The notes under the pieces are model-generated. The model was given only the letters and a program-made list of their open reading frames with translations, made no database searches and had not been told where the DNA came from. 64,000 nucleotides of DNA from assembly GCA_963707955.1 (NCBI GenBank), contig OY970176.1:768001-832000 (forward strand), read 5' to 3'. The position numbers and the translations under genes were made by a program. Source of the DNA: Candidatus Bathyarchaeota archaeon (GTDB lineage: Archaea > Thermoproteota > Bathyarchaeia > Bathyarchaeales > Bathycorpusculaceae). Positions 1 to 9,846 of this stretch are shown here, piece by piece. The first letter of the stretch is position 1. Every line of letters begins with the position of its first letter.

Positions 1-1
1 G

Positions 2-577
2 AGAAACGCCTTCGGCACGTTTGTACGAGTCATACCATGCCCCACATGCGGCGGAAGAGGAAGAATCATAGACAAATCGTGCCCGAAGTGTAGAGGAAAC
101 GGTTTGATAGAGAGAGAACGAAGAATCACCGTGAAGGTGCCTTCAGGCATAGATGAAGGATACCAGCTCAGGCTCTCAGGAGAGGGAGAAATGTCTGCAG
201 GAGCAAGCTCTCCTGGGGACCTTTACGCTGTGATTCACATAGCCCCCCACCCGTACTTCAAGAGAGACGAAGACGATCTCCTCTACAGTCTAATAATAGG
301 CTTCCCTCAAGCGGCCTTAGGCACAGATGTTTCGATTCCGACCCTTGAAGGAAACACGAGCTTCACAATTCATCCTGGAACACAGCCAGGTGAAATAGTC
401 AGACTGAGAGGAAAAGGCATGCCGAGGTTCAGAGGATACGGCAGGGGCGACATGCTGGTACGAATCGAGATAGAAGTCCCTGAGAAGTTGACTCAGCAAC
501 AGAGAACCCTACTTGAACAGTTGGCCAAAGAATTCGAGCAGAGTGTGAAACCGAAGGGTCACAGGCTAAGGCTCTGA
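2..577 (+). CDS. dnaJ: Chaperone DnaJ, C-terminal part (5' end outside window)
   Basis: Frame open from base 2: CPTCGGRG and CPKCRGNG zinc-finger repeats, then the DnaJ C-domain (PGDLY, QAALG, RGKGMP...GDMLV). Confidence 0.95.
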   Translation, partial: RNAFGTFVRVIPCPTCGGRGRIIDKSCPKCRGNGLIERERRITVKVPSGIDEGYQLRLSGEGEMSAGASSPGDLYAVIHIAPHPYFKRDEDDLLYSLIIGFPQAALGTDVSIPTLEGNTSFTIHPGTQPGEIVRLRGKGMPRFRGYGRGDMLVRIEIEVPEKLTQQQRTLLEQLAKEFEQSVKPKGHRLRL

Positions 578-608
578 CGGTTTTAGCAACGGATTTTCCT
601 TTGCTTGT

Positions 609-1181
609 TCAGTAGTTTTCGCACCAAACCTCATAGAAGCTTCTCGGATGGTCGCAGACTGGGCACTTCTCTGGCGCTTCGGGTCCTTCGTGAACGTAGC
701 CGCAGTTTCTGCACTTCCATTTTATCGGAGTGTCTCTCTTGAAGACCTTTCCTTGCTCGACGTTTGCGAGCAGCTTCAAGTATCGTCGCTCATGGTAAGC
801 TTCGACTTTAGCTACTTGACGGAAAGTTCTGGCCGCATCCTTGAAACCTTCTTTTTCTGCGACTTCAGCAAACCCAGGGTACAGCGTTCCCCATTCGAGT
901 TTTTCTCCTTCTGCCGCAGCTTTGAGATTCTGTACAGTTGATCCGATGATGCCTGCAGGATACGTAGCCTTGATCTCAACAGGTCCACCCTTTAGCAGCC
1001 TGAAGAACAGCTGCGCGTGCTCCTTCTCGTTGTCAGACGTTTCTTGGAAGATGCTGGATATCTGTTCGAATCCTTCTTTTCTGGCAACGCTCGAGAAGAA
1101 GGTGTACCTAGTTCTGGCCTGACATTCGCCGGCAAAGGCTGCCAGCAGATTCTTTTCAGTTTGACTTTCTTTGAACTCCAT
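609..1181 (-). CDS. rbr: Rubrerythrin
   Basis: Start MEFKESQTEKNLLAAFAGE; ExxH diiron motifs (EKEH, EAYH); C-terminal rubredoxin CRNCG...CPVC. The ORF-track extension to 1364 is not protein-like. Confidence 0.93.
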   Translation of the reverse strand: MEFKESQTEKNLLAAFAGECQARTRYTFFSSVARKEGFEQISSIFQETSDNEKEHAQLFFRLLKGGPVEIKATYPAGIIGSTVQNLKAAAEGEKLEWGTLYPGFAEVAEKEGFKDAARTFRQVAKVEAYHERRYLKLLANVEQGKVFKRDTPIKWKCRNCGYVHEGPEAPEKCPVCDHPRSFYEVWCENY

Positions 1182-1400
1182 CTTGTTTGACCTTCCTTTT
1201 GGAAGGCATTTATTGGAGGAAGTGGATAATAAACGTTTGAAGCTGCTCAGGCTATGATTGTTATTTCCTGATTTTCCATCTGATCCGCCTGCGCCCCACC
1301 TCTTTGGATCAATACTTCGCCTAGGTAGTCGTGTGGGACTTTCTGAAGACGGATAGAAGACCACCTGAGCCGATGAACGCGCGCATATTCAGCGATGATT

Positions 1401-2157
1401 CTAATGAGAAGCCCGTTGAATCCTTCTCTGCACTTTTTTCCAAGAATCCGTCACCAAGAAACTCTTCCATATCCTCGACCATCCTCACAAACTTGCTCAT
1501 GGGCACCGAAAACGAGAGCACGTTCTCCTGAACAAAGGGGCGTGCAGAAACATCAAACAATCCTATGACGGCTCTCGGACGACTGGAATCTTTCTCAAGA
1601 TATGGATATTGCACAATCGAAGAACACCCCGAACCGCTCGGAGTAAAAACGACGTTCGGCTCAGCCTCGTCGAAATTGGCAAGTGTAAAGAGCCCTGAAA
1701 AGGTATCAGGCCGAGCAAAGAAGATCACAACGTCTGGCTCATCAGACTGGTCATGCAGATCCCATCTCTTGAACACTATAAACCGAGCAGGAGCCCTGAA
1801 CAATGGCGTGTACTTGATCGCCTCAGCTACAACTTGAGGCGCCTTTTTGTAACGTTCACCTTTAACCTTCCCAAGAATTCCGCATGACAGAAAATACTCA
1901 AAATCGTCCCTGATTTTTTCACGAAAACCTAAGTACCTTTTGCCGCCGCAGCAGCCAATCGACTCTGAGACGAAACACAAAGCTTTTCCTTTCCTCACTA
2001 AGGACAGGGCTGCGATTATGCACATAGGAACCGAACCATGCTTGACCAGTTCCGCGTGTCCTTCTTCATCTGTGTAATAGAAAACGATAGGAAGCTCCGC
2101 ATCATCGGAATATCTTTTCCAGAGGTCAATAAAGTCTTCTTTGAACTTTATGTCCAT
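1401..2157 (-). CDS. DUF169-family protein, frameshifted near 1462
   Basis: CxGGxxYLGF, PDVVIF, SGCSS and GLFDVSAR motifs. The family-like C-terminus FLVTDSWKKVQRRIQRASH* continues in another frame to TAG at 1401-1403. Confidence 0.7.
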
Positions 2158-2338
2158 AAACAGATCCTGCGCCTCCAGTGATGAGTTTCATGTCAGCAAT
2201 ACAACTTTCTGTAATGCATGGGCGCCTCGAATTTAAGCAAAATAGGCGGCAGCAACGGGATCGTTTTTTTGGGGTTACGCATGAATTCCTAAGCATACAG
2301 GGTTGCAGAAGTAAGCCTGCGCGCGCTCGCCGAGCCAG

Positions 2339-2382
2339 AATATGCAGTTCGGTACTATAGCTATCAATCCATATCCATTTAA
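2339..2382 (+). promoter_or_regulatory. 44-bp conserved operator plus TATA-like element, copy A
   Basis: AATATG-N7-GTACTATAGC-N8-CATA-N4-TTTAA; aligns without gaps to copies at 19201, 23362 (rc) and 24843. Confidence 0.65.
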
Positions 2383-2430
2383 TTAGTACTCGAGGTCCAT
2401 TTTCTACGCTGAAGGAGAAAGGAGAGAGAG

Positions 2431-3126
2431 ATGCTTCGATCATCCGTGTCAGTAGTCATTCCCGCGTACAACGAACAGAAAACCATAGGACACGTGATCG
2501 AAGAAACCATGTCAGTAATGGACAGCCTAGGAGTCCCCTACGAGATCATCATTGTGAACGACGGGTCCACGGACAGAACAGGACAGATAGCTACGACGTA
2601 CAAAGCAACCGTCTTAACGAACGAAAGAAACCGAGGAAAAGGCCACGCCATCAGAAAGGGCTTCCAACAAGCACAGGGCGACATCGTGGTAACCTTAGAC
2701 GCTGACGGAGCGCACAGCCCCAAGGAGATACCAGACCTACTCAGTCCGCTGTCCAACGGCATGGACATCGTTGGAGGTTCAAGGTTCATGGGCAACAGCG
2801 GCGACTCAACGACCAGACTCAACCGTCTCGGCAACTTCGTCTTCAACATGGCCATCACAACGTTAACAGGAAAACGCGTAACAGACAGCCAAACAGGCTT
2901 CAGAGCCTTCAAAAAAGAAGCTCTCCAGAAGCTCAAATTAGCCTCTTTAGGCTACGAAATAGAAACCGAGATCACGGTCAAAGGGTTGAAGAACGGCTTC
3001 GCATTCGAAGAAAGACCGATAACCTGTAAGCAGAGACAATACAGCGTCTCAAAGCTGAGATTGCTCTCAGACGGAACCAAAATCCTCCAAGCAATCCTAA
3101 AAGCCAACATTGCAAAGATCGACTAG
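2431..3126 (+). CDS. GT2 glycosyltransferase (DPM1-like)
   Basis: VVIPAYNE, VNDGSTD, NRGKG, DADG, GSRF and DSQTGFRA motifs. Confidence 0.92.
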   Translation: MLRSSVSVVIPAYNEQKTIGHVIEETMSVMDSLGVPYEIIIVNDGSTDRTGQIATTYKATVLTNERNRGKGHAIRKGFQQAQGDIVVTLDADGAHSPKEIPDLLSPLSNGMDIVGGSRFMGNSGDSTTRLNRLGNFVFNMAITTLTGKRVTDSQTGFRAFKKEALQKLKLASLGYEIETEITVKGLKNGFAFEERPITCKQRQYSVSKLRLLSDGTKILQAILKANIAKID

Positions 3127-3394
3127 TGTTCGCCCAGACCCCGTACGTTTTGTTAAACCGCATTTGAATCATATGTTTGACCGGCGGGAGGGGCTGTCAG
3201 ATCACTCGCACAACGAAAAGCGCGGTACCGCCACACTCAACCCGCAGATCACATTTGGCTCCAAATAGAGGGGCCTACGCCATTGCACGCACACGCGCAC
3301 TGAAAGCGCGGGCGAGAACACCCTTCTCTCATCACCACATGTGCTTAAGTGAGCACGCTTCCGCTATAAGCAAGTTTAGGGGGTGAAGCTGTTT

Positions 3395-3733
3395 ATGCCT
3401 GATATCAGCAACTTCAGGGTGAAAGAAGGCAAATTCAAGGAATTTCAAGAATGGATTAAGGCAAACGAGAAAACAATGGCCGAACACGCACAAAAAGCAG
3501 GATGAAAATATCTGGGCACATTCCTCTACGTCCTAGGGAGCGGAGGCCCAGCTCACGGCTGCATAATGTGGGAGATTTCCAAGTATGCCGACATGGACAC
3601 TATCCGCAGCCTCTTTGATGACCCAGTCTGGGAAAAGATAGGCAAAGAGCTAACAGTCCTTCTAACGTATGACCCACTGCCCGAACAGATACTGCGGCCA
3701 ATTGGAGAAGCAAAAATCTACAAGTTCGAGTAA
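3395..3733 (+). pseudogene. Small dimeric alpha/beta-barrel (NIPSNAP-like) protein interrupted by an in-frame TGA at 3503-3505
   Basis: GGGGTGA SD; reads MPDISNFRVKEGKFKEFQEWIKANEKTMAEHAQKAG*KYLGTFLYVLG...IMWEISKYADMD...KIYKFE*. Both halves look protein-like. Confidence 0.6.
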
Positions 3734-4219
3734 GTCCCTCGATTCCAAATGCAGGCGAAATTGGTTGCTGTTGTCCTAAGAAAGACTGCGTCAAAGAAGC
3801 GCAAAAGCTCATTGATGGCAAGCAACAAAACCTAACCAGAGCCCAACAGCATTCCATCTTCTCCGTTTTTCAGCGTGAGCGTTGACTTACCTCTTATAGT
3901 CGACTAGTTAATAGCGGACAGATGAAACGTGTTAACCTCGAGTTCTGCCCTATTTTATAGAACTCCAAAAAGGGAATTGCGTAGGAATTCGCCACTTGGG
4001 GTTGGGCTGAAGTCCCAGCGACCCCAACTCAATGGACTTTTAGCATTGGTCCAAGACACTTCTAATTCCTCTTTTGTAAGAGCTTGACGTCTTCAAGTCA
4101 CAAATGTCACGTGTGTGTGCGTAGTTTATTTTCTAAAAAATTCCATGCGATTTATATCATTGAATGTGTCTTAGAAAGGAATAACAAGAACTGAAGACAC
4201 TGCGCCAAGCAAGACTGAG

Positions 4220-4966
4220 ATGTACGGAATGCAGCTCAAACCCATGTTCACCAGCGTGGCGGATACATACGACTTGGCCAACAGAATTTTGACTCTCGGA
4301 TTCGATGAACGTTGGCGCGAAGCTTGCGCCAGAGAATCTGGTTCTGGGCGGTTTGTTGTTGACCTTTGCTGTGGAACAGGCGCTCTTTCTCTCAGGCTTT
4401 TGCCGAATCTTGGCTCGGAATCATATCTGATGGGGCTTGACTTCAACAAACAGATGCTGGACAGAGCAGCCAAGAAGAAATCTAAGTACCGACAGAAGAG
4501 ACAGCACAGGAATGTTCAAGATGCCAGCAACGGGACGGGCGTAGTTGATCTTGTATTCATGGTTACGGATGCTGCCCATCTTCCCTTGAAGGATGAGTGC
4601 ATTGACGGCATTAGTATCTCGTTCTCTTTCCGCAACCTCATATACAAGAATCCGAAAGCCTTAACGTACCTGAGAGAAGCGATCAGAACCCTGAAGAACA
4701 ATGGAAGGTTTGTGTGTGTCGAAACCAGCCAACCGAACAGCAACCTCGTCAGAGCCTTCTTCCGTTTCTACTGTTTAAGAATCGTGCCTCTCGTCGGCGG
4801 ACTCATATCCGGCCGAAAAGCCGCCTACAAGTATCTCGGAAAGTCTGCGGCAAACTTTCCGTTTCCGCAAGAAATTGTGGCGATGTTGAAAAAGGCAGGT
4901 TTTAGAAAAGCCACGTTCAAACCTCTTTACCTTGGAATAATCGCATTGTACGTCGCCGCAAAATAG
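4220..4966 (+). CDS. ubiE: UbiE/MenG demethylmenaquinone methyltransferase
   Basis: MFTSVADTYDLANRILTLG, VDLCCGTG, FSFRN and AYKYLGKS motifs. Confidence 0.9.
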   Translation: MYGMQLKPMFTSVADTYDLANRILTLGFDERWREACARESGSGRFVVDLCCGTGALSLRLLPNLGSESYLMGLDFNKQMLDRAAKKKSKYRQKRQHRNVQDASNGTGVVDLVFMVTDAAHLPLKDECIDGISISFSFRNLIYKNPKALTYLREAIRTLKNNGRFVCVETSQPNSNLVRAFFRFYCLRIVPLVGGLISGRKAAYKYLGKSAANFPFPQEIVAMLKKAGFRKATFKPLYLGIIALYVAAK

Positions 4967-5297
4967 ACCAAGCTGAGCATCTACCATGGCGCGATCCAGA
5001 TACGGATAAGAATGTTGGAGCATGCGCCATAGAAAAAAGAGAGGTTTTGTGGGTGACATCTCCATTTGTCCCACGTTCAAATCCCAGTTACCCGTGCCCT
5101 CATAGGCTATAGTGTGAGTTCGCGTATAGATGCGAGCGCGCGCAAGTCGATTTTCAGGGCTTGCAGATTTCGTTCCTGGTGAGACTTGAACCCTTTTGGT
5201 TATCTGCCTACCGAATGTGGTTTTTTTACCGGAAAAGTTGGGTTGGGTTCCATTCAGATGTTTTCAGCGTTCTCTTGTTGAGTTCAAGTCGAAGCTT

Positions 5298-5612
5298 CTA
5301 CAGGACTTCAAGTTGCCCTACAGTGTGATGCCCTACCTCGTAACCCTCTTTTTCGCAGAATTCCAGAATTCTCGCAACAGCTCTCAAATCAATTGCTTTT
5401 ATCCTCTCTTCTTCAGGTCCCACGATTTCGATGATTATCCCGACGCCTGCAACTCCGCAGCATGTGTGTACGTTTTTGTAGACTCTTATGTCATAGTCCT
5501 TTGGAACTCCTATTTCCTTTACAGATTTTTTTATTTCCCTCACTAAGAAGTCGATCTGGTATGGGTGGTTCGCATTGACGAAATAGATTTCCCTGCAGCT
5601 TACTTTGGACAT
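5298..5612 (-). CDS. Hypothetical protein with HTCCG motif
   Basis: 104-aa ORF directly abutting the Lrp-domain gene; GGGGAG SD. Confidence 0.7.
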   Translation of the reverse strand: MSKVSCREIYFVNANHPYQIDFLVREIKKSVKEIGVPKDYDIRVYKNVHTCCGVAGVGIIIEIVGPEEERIKAIDLRAVARILEFCEKEGYEVGHHTVGQLEVL

Positions 5613-5849
5613 TCATCTCCCCTTGAAAGTGATCAAAGTAATTGTCTCCTTTATCCCTTCAATAGTGCGCAGTTTGGCGAAGACGAACTCGTCTAGGTCT
5701 TCAATCGTGGCAAAAGAAACTTCAACGTGTAAATCATAGAGTCCATACGTGGGAACCGCACTGCAAATCCCAAGCAACTTCTTCACTTCTTTGAGTACTC
5801 TTTCATCCTTTCCGGCTTCGACTTTTGCCAACACGTATGCGGTAACCAA
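5613..5849 (-). CDS. Stand-alone Lrp/AsnC ligand-binding domain protein
   Basis: AYVLAKVEAG...TYGLYDL...LRTIEGIKETITLI pattern. Confidence 0.88.
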   Translation of the reverse strand: MVTAYVLAKVEAGKDERVLKEVKKLLGICSAVPTYGLYDLHVEVSFATIEDLDEFVFAKLRTIEGIKETITLITFKGR

Positions 5850-5913
5850 CTCTTACTCCCTTCCCACAACTACCTATGCTCACGTAGGGCTAAGATGGCG
5901 CGCTATGGTTCTA

Positions 5914-6492
5914 CTAACCGAGATGTGTTGGTGTCGTAGTACTTGCAAAGTAAAACCAAGCGCCTGCAAAAAGGAATGCAAAGATTGCAAAGACATACCT
6001 CGCCCACTTGTTCTGAATGTGCACTGCTGGAACCGAAAGTATCAGCGCGGTTGCGGGTGCCAAGTAGAGCAAAGTGCTTTTGGTGGCGTCACTCGTGAGG
6101 CTGTATTTGAATATTGAATAGGCGTCGGAGATCAGGTATAGGCCCAAGACAAAGGCGAAGTAGGAACATGCTTGTAGTCCTCTCCTGAGGAACAACGCCG
6201 CAGCGACCGACAGCAACACTAGACCCCCGAGTGAACTAACGCCTCCGAACAGAATGTTATATCCACCGCTGTAGGGATGGATAAACTGTATGGTTATGCC
6301 AGTGAGGAAGAGGTAGAACCCGGTGGCTCCCAAAGCAACCCCCAATCCAGACGCGATATTCTTCTGTTCTTCTTCAATGGAGTCTGAAGACGCCTTGTAA
6401 TGAAGTCTGAGCGCTGCGATCCCAAGCAGTACTCCGCTTGCAACGATGCTCCACATCATAGCATCCAGATAATCGTAACTCGGTGCGGTCAA
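5914..6492 (-). CDS. Integral membrane protein, DUF981-like
   Basis: About 6 hydrophobic segments, YNILFG motif, terminal HL. An SD-preceded ATG at 6499 is out of frame by one T of a T4 run. Confidence 0.7.
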   Translation of the reverse strand: MTAPSYDYLDAMMWSIVASGVLLGIAALRLHYKASSDSIEEEQKNIASGLGVALGATGFYLFLTGITIQFIHPYSGGYNILFGGVSSLGGLVLLSVAAALFLRRGLQACSYFAFVLGLYLISDAYSIFKYSLTSDATKSTLLYLAPATALILSVPAVHIQNKWARYVFAIFAFLFAGAWFYFASTTTPTHLG

Positions 6493-6572
6493 AATTCATC
6501 TCTCCACATTATTTCTTGCCTTTTCTATCATGTATATCTCATATATATAATTTAGCCAACGCGTTACTCAAG

Positions 6573-7517
6573 CTATCGGGAGAAAGGCCAAAGGTACTGC
6601 AAAATGTAGCCCACTATCAACAAAGCGCCGAAACTCAAGTGCATCTGTATTGTTGCCAAGTTGGCAGCTATCATCGCGTGTGAGTCATCGTAATGTCTCC
6701 GAGCCACGCTGATTGCCTTTATCGCCAAAGGCAAGGTAGCAAGAACGATTACTGAGCTGAGTGGCATTTGCTTCAGAGCAATCATAAAAGCGGTCCAGAT
6801 GTAAGCAACCACGACGATAGCGGCGTAAAAGTCAGCTGCACCTTTTCTGCCAACTCTAACCACAAGAGTCTTTTTGCCAACGGCTTTGTCTGCAGCGTAG
6901 TCGGGAACCTCATTTATCCACAATATTGCCGTTATAAGCAAACCCACCGGTATGGAAGCGACAAGAGCATCAAAAGTGAATCTTTGGGTTTGAACGTAGT
7001 TACTGCCCAAGACCATCAGCGGCCCGAAGTTCAGCCCCACGATTAGCTCGCCCACTCCTCGTGTTGCCAATTGTGACACGTAGAAATATCCAGAAATAAC
7101 GCCTACTACGCCCAGCAAAAGCACTCCCCACCCTGCCACAACAGACAGAGCAATTCCTATGATACTGGCTATTCCGAAAAAAGAAAGAGCGACGAAATAA
7201 GCGCTCTTCGGCTTAATCAAGTTCTCCAACAAGACCTGGCTACCGCCGCTTATCGGTGAGATGCCCTCAACGTTTATTGCGTCACAGCCACTCTTGAAAT
7301 CAAAGTAGTCGTTGATTATGTTTGTCCCTAAGTGAAGGCACATAGCGCCGAGAAGAGTTAGAATGAAAAGAATCGGGTTGAACGCTCTTACCGAAAACCA
7401 CGCTACAACGGCGCCCAGCGCGACCGGCACTATTGTTCCCGTCAAAAAGGGTATTCTTGCCAGCCTTATCCATGCCTTTAGCGAACGTGCGAATCCTGGG
7501 CCCTCAGTAGAATTCAA
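6573..7517 (-). CDS. menA: 1,4-dihydroxy-2-naphthoate prenyltransferase (UbiA family)
   Basis: NDYFDFKSGCD, NEVPDYAADKAVGKKTLVVRVG and GELIV motifs; multiple TM helices. Confidence 0.88.
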   Translation of the reverse strand: MNSTEGPGFARSLKAWIRLARIPFLTGTIVPVALGAVVAWFSVRAFNPILFILTLLGAMCLHLGTNIINDYFDFKSGCDAINVEGISPISGGSQVLLENLIKPKSAYFVALSFFGIASIIGIALSVVAGWGVLLLGVVGVISGYFYVSQLATRGVGELIVGLNFGPLMVLGSNYVQTQRFTFDALVASIPVGLLITAILWINEVPDYAADKAVGKKTLVVRVGRKGAADFYAAIVVVAYIWTAFMIALKQMPLSSVIVLATLPLAIKAISVARRHYDDSHAMIAANLATIQMHLSFGALLIVGYILQYLWPFSR

Positions 7518-8506
7518 CGCGACTGAGCCTCAGACTCGTCACTACACATGGAAAATCGCATCAGAAAATTTTTGAACGCCGAGTCTCTGATACCTTTCAG
7601 ACTCTCCTGCGATTTCCTTGAATAGTCGATTATCCTCCGTTGACAGTACGTGAAGGCTCCAATTTCTTCCATCCTATCCCTTATTTCCTGCGCGACTGAT
7701 AGCGTGACATGTTTGTTTCCAAAATTCTCTCTAAGCAACTTTCTCGAGAGGCTGTCTCCATGCTGATGCATGTAAAGAAATGGAAGCGTGACGTTTCCGT
7801 TCTTGAGATCTTGCGAGATTTGTTCTCCGTGGATTAGATCCTCTAAGTCATCCTTGAGTTGATACGCCATTCCGAAACACTGACCATAGTTCCCCAAGGC
7901 TTCAAGTTCTGATGATTCAGCTCCAGCTACCAATGCCCCGCAGAAGGTTGCCCCACGAAAAAGAGAAGCTGATTTTTTTCCTATTTTTACATAACAATCC
8001 TGCTCTGTTGCATTCTCCAAAGAAAGAGTCACATCAATGTACTCACCGTTACAAAGCTCTAGCCCAATGGAGGACAGATTTTTCACAATTCTGGACCCGT
8101 AGCCTGCGGCCAAGTTGACTGATAAGGCTATCAACGCGTCCCCTAACAGTATGGCTCCATTAGTCGACCATTTTGAGTGGACAGCTTCTCTCCCGCGCCG
8201 GAAAGTATCTTGATCTATAATGTCATCATGTACAAGCGTTGCAGTGTGCAGGAGCTCGAAGGACAAAGCGAGTTGTACTACTTTTTCCCGTACTCCTCCG
8301 ACACTTTGTGCACTCAAAATGGCAAGAACTGGTCGTAACCTCTTTCCCCTAAATAGGAGTGCATACTCTAGCAGAGGTAGAAGATCAGAGTCGGATACGT
8401 TTGAGAGAAGATTTTCAAGCTCGGTTTCTACAAGTTGCTTTGTATCGAGCACGTATGCTTGGAAGTCTTCGTTTGTGCAACCTGAAAAGGAGCTGACAGT
8501 TTTCAT
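7514..8506 (-). CDS. Polyprenyl diphosphate synthase
   Basis: GKRLRP, LVHDDIIDQDTFRRG (FARM) and YQLKDDLED (SARM); overlaps the menA start. Confidence 0.92.
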   Translation of the reverse strand: MKTVSSFSGCTNEDFQAYVLDTKQLVETELENLLSNVSDSDLLPLLEYALLFRGKRLRPVLAILSAQSVGGVREKVVQLALSFELLHTATLVHDDIIDQDTFRRGREAVHSKWSTNGAILLGDALIALSVNLAAGYGSRIVKNLSSIGLELCNGEYIDVTLSLENATEQDCYVKIGKKSASLFRGATFCGALVAGAESSELEALGNYGQCFGMAYQLKDDLEDLIHGEQISQDLKNGNVTLPFLYMHQHGDSLSRKLLRENFGNKHVTLSVAQEIRDRMEEIGAFTYCQRRIIDYSRKSQESLKGIRDSAFKNFLMRFSMCSDESEAQSR

Positions 8507-8646
8507 CTGTTAGTCTTTTTCCCCGTTGTTCTGAAACAGAGGGAGATGCGGATACATATATCCTTTTTTCTTAGAAGTTATTGGATTGATAAGAATAACA
8601 AATTCCATAAATAACGCATAAATAATAGGTCAGAGAACACGTTTCG

Positions 8647-9363
8647 ATGTGTGCAACATTGAATGAATCGACACTCTATCGAACTCTGGCAAGCTCGTCC
8701 AGAATTGAGATACTCAAGCTACTCCAGAGAGGGCCTCTAAGCGTTGAAGAGATGTCTCAGAAACTCAACCTCCAAGCCATAACGATTCGTCATCATCTGC
8801 AAGCTTTGACAGAATCCGGGATCGTGGAATACCATGAGGAGCGGTCAGGAACTGCTGGTAGACCGCGGGCTTATTATAGCTTAGTTAAGACATTTCCATC
8901 AACAAGTTTCCCAAAGCGACTGTACCAGTCTCTCTCGGAATATCTGATAAGCGGTATGGTTGAAGAGTTCGGCGTAGACAAGGCAAGGATTTTTCTAAGG
9001 AAGATAGGGATAGCTTCAGGAGAAGCTGCAATACGAGAATTGAAATCGAAACACAACATAAAATCCTGGTCGCTGGATGATTATGAGAGATACGTGATCG
9101 GAGAATTTCTCGAACGAGAGGGAAACGAACCAGAAATAGTCGAAACTACAAACAACAAAATTGTCTACAGACTGCATAACTGCCTCTTCCGAGAACTATC
9201 AGCTAAAATGCCTGAGATGATGTGCGACATTCTTCACGAAAGTTTCCACGAGGGAGTATCAAAGGCAATGGGAAAAGACGTGAAGATAACGCGATCCACA
9301 TGCATGGGACATGGCGACCAATACTGTGAGCATGTCTGCGTCTGGGGTCGACAAAAACGTTAG
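8647..9363 (+). CDS. ArsR-type HTH regulator with Cys-containing V4R-like sensor domain
   Basis: SRIEILKLL...IRHHLQAL...GRPR wHTH; C-terminal HNCLF, MMC..H and TCMGHGDQYC. Confidence 0.82.
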   Translation: MCATLNESTLYRTLASSSRIEILKLLQRGPLSVEEMSQKLNLQAITIRHHLQALTESGIVEYHEERSGTAGRPRAYYSLVKTFPSTSFPKRLYQSLSEYLISGMVEEFGVDKARIFLRKIGIASGEAAIRELKSKHNIKSWSLDDYERYVIGEFLEREGNEPEIVETTNNKIVYRLHNCLFRELSAKMPEMMCDILHESFHEGVSKAMGKDVKITRSTCMGHGDQYCEHVCVWGRQKR

Positions 9364-9544
9364 CACTTCCAACCCTTTAAGCGTCGAACATAGGCATCTG
9401 AGATAGCGAAATCGATCCCAACCCAATTTGAAGAAGTCAAATAGACTGTACGAAAGCCCGGGATGATTCCGAACCGAGCTAATGAACGCATAGTGTGTCT
9501 TCTCTACTCACTTATAGTGATTGGCATGCAACTTGAATTACAGA

Positions 9545-9695
9545 TCCGAGCTTTCAAGCGATTCTCGCTGAGGACGCCATTTCTGCCTAATCCAACTTCT
9601 GTTGGGCTAAGCCCAAAGACCACCATGCGTCGCGTGAAATAGAGGAACGTTAGGGCATTTTTCAGGCCAAAATGAGTTCCAATTGTCTTTTGTTC
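9545..9695 (-). pseudogene. Degraded duplicate of the hdrB 3' end
   Basis: Translates EQKTIGTHFGLKNALTFLYFTRRMVVFGLSPTEVGLGRNGV, versus HdrB KQKAVENRFDLKIDMPILYFTQLMGIAFGLNPKELGLGRNIV. Confidence 0.7.
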
Positions 9696-9846
9696 GCGCG
9701 CCTGAAGCTACACGAGTGGATTGACAGACTCTAAGCCTCAAACCTAGGGACGTCATTCAGACACCCAATCGGCGGGCTAAGAACGGGGCATTATGTGGGC
9801 GGATGACATTCCGTTGAGAAACTCTTAGCTATAAAGAAGTCGTCGA

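Noticed and set aside
3996-4028. GC-rich hairpin TTGGGGTTGGGCTG...CAGCGACCCCAA upstream of ubiE as a SAM riboswitch or IS end
   Set aside because: Single copy, lacks the SAM-I core, and no transposase nearby; not enough support.
5049-5100. GTTCAAATCCC resembling a tRNA T-loop
   Set aside because: No matching T-stem, acceptor stem or cloverleaf.
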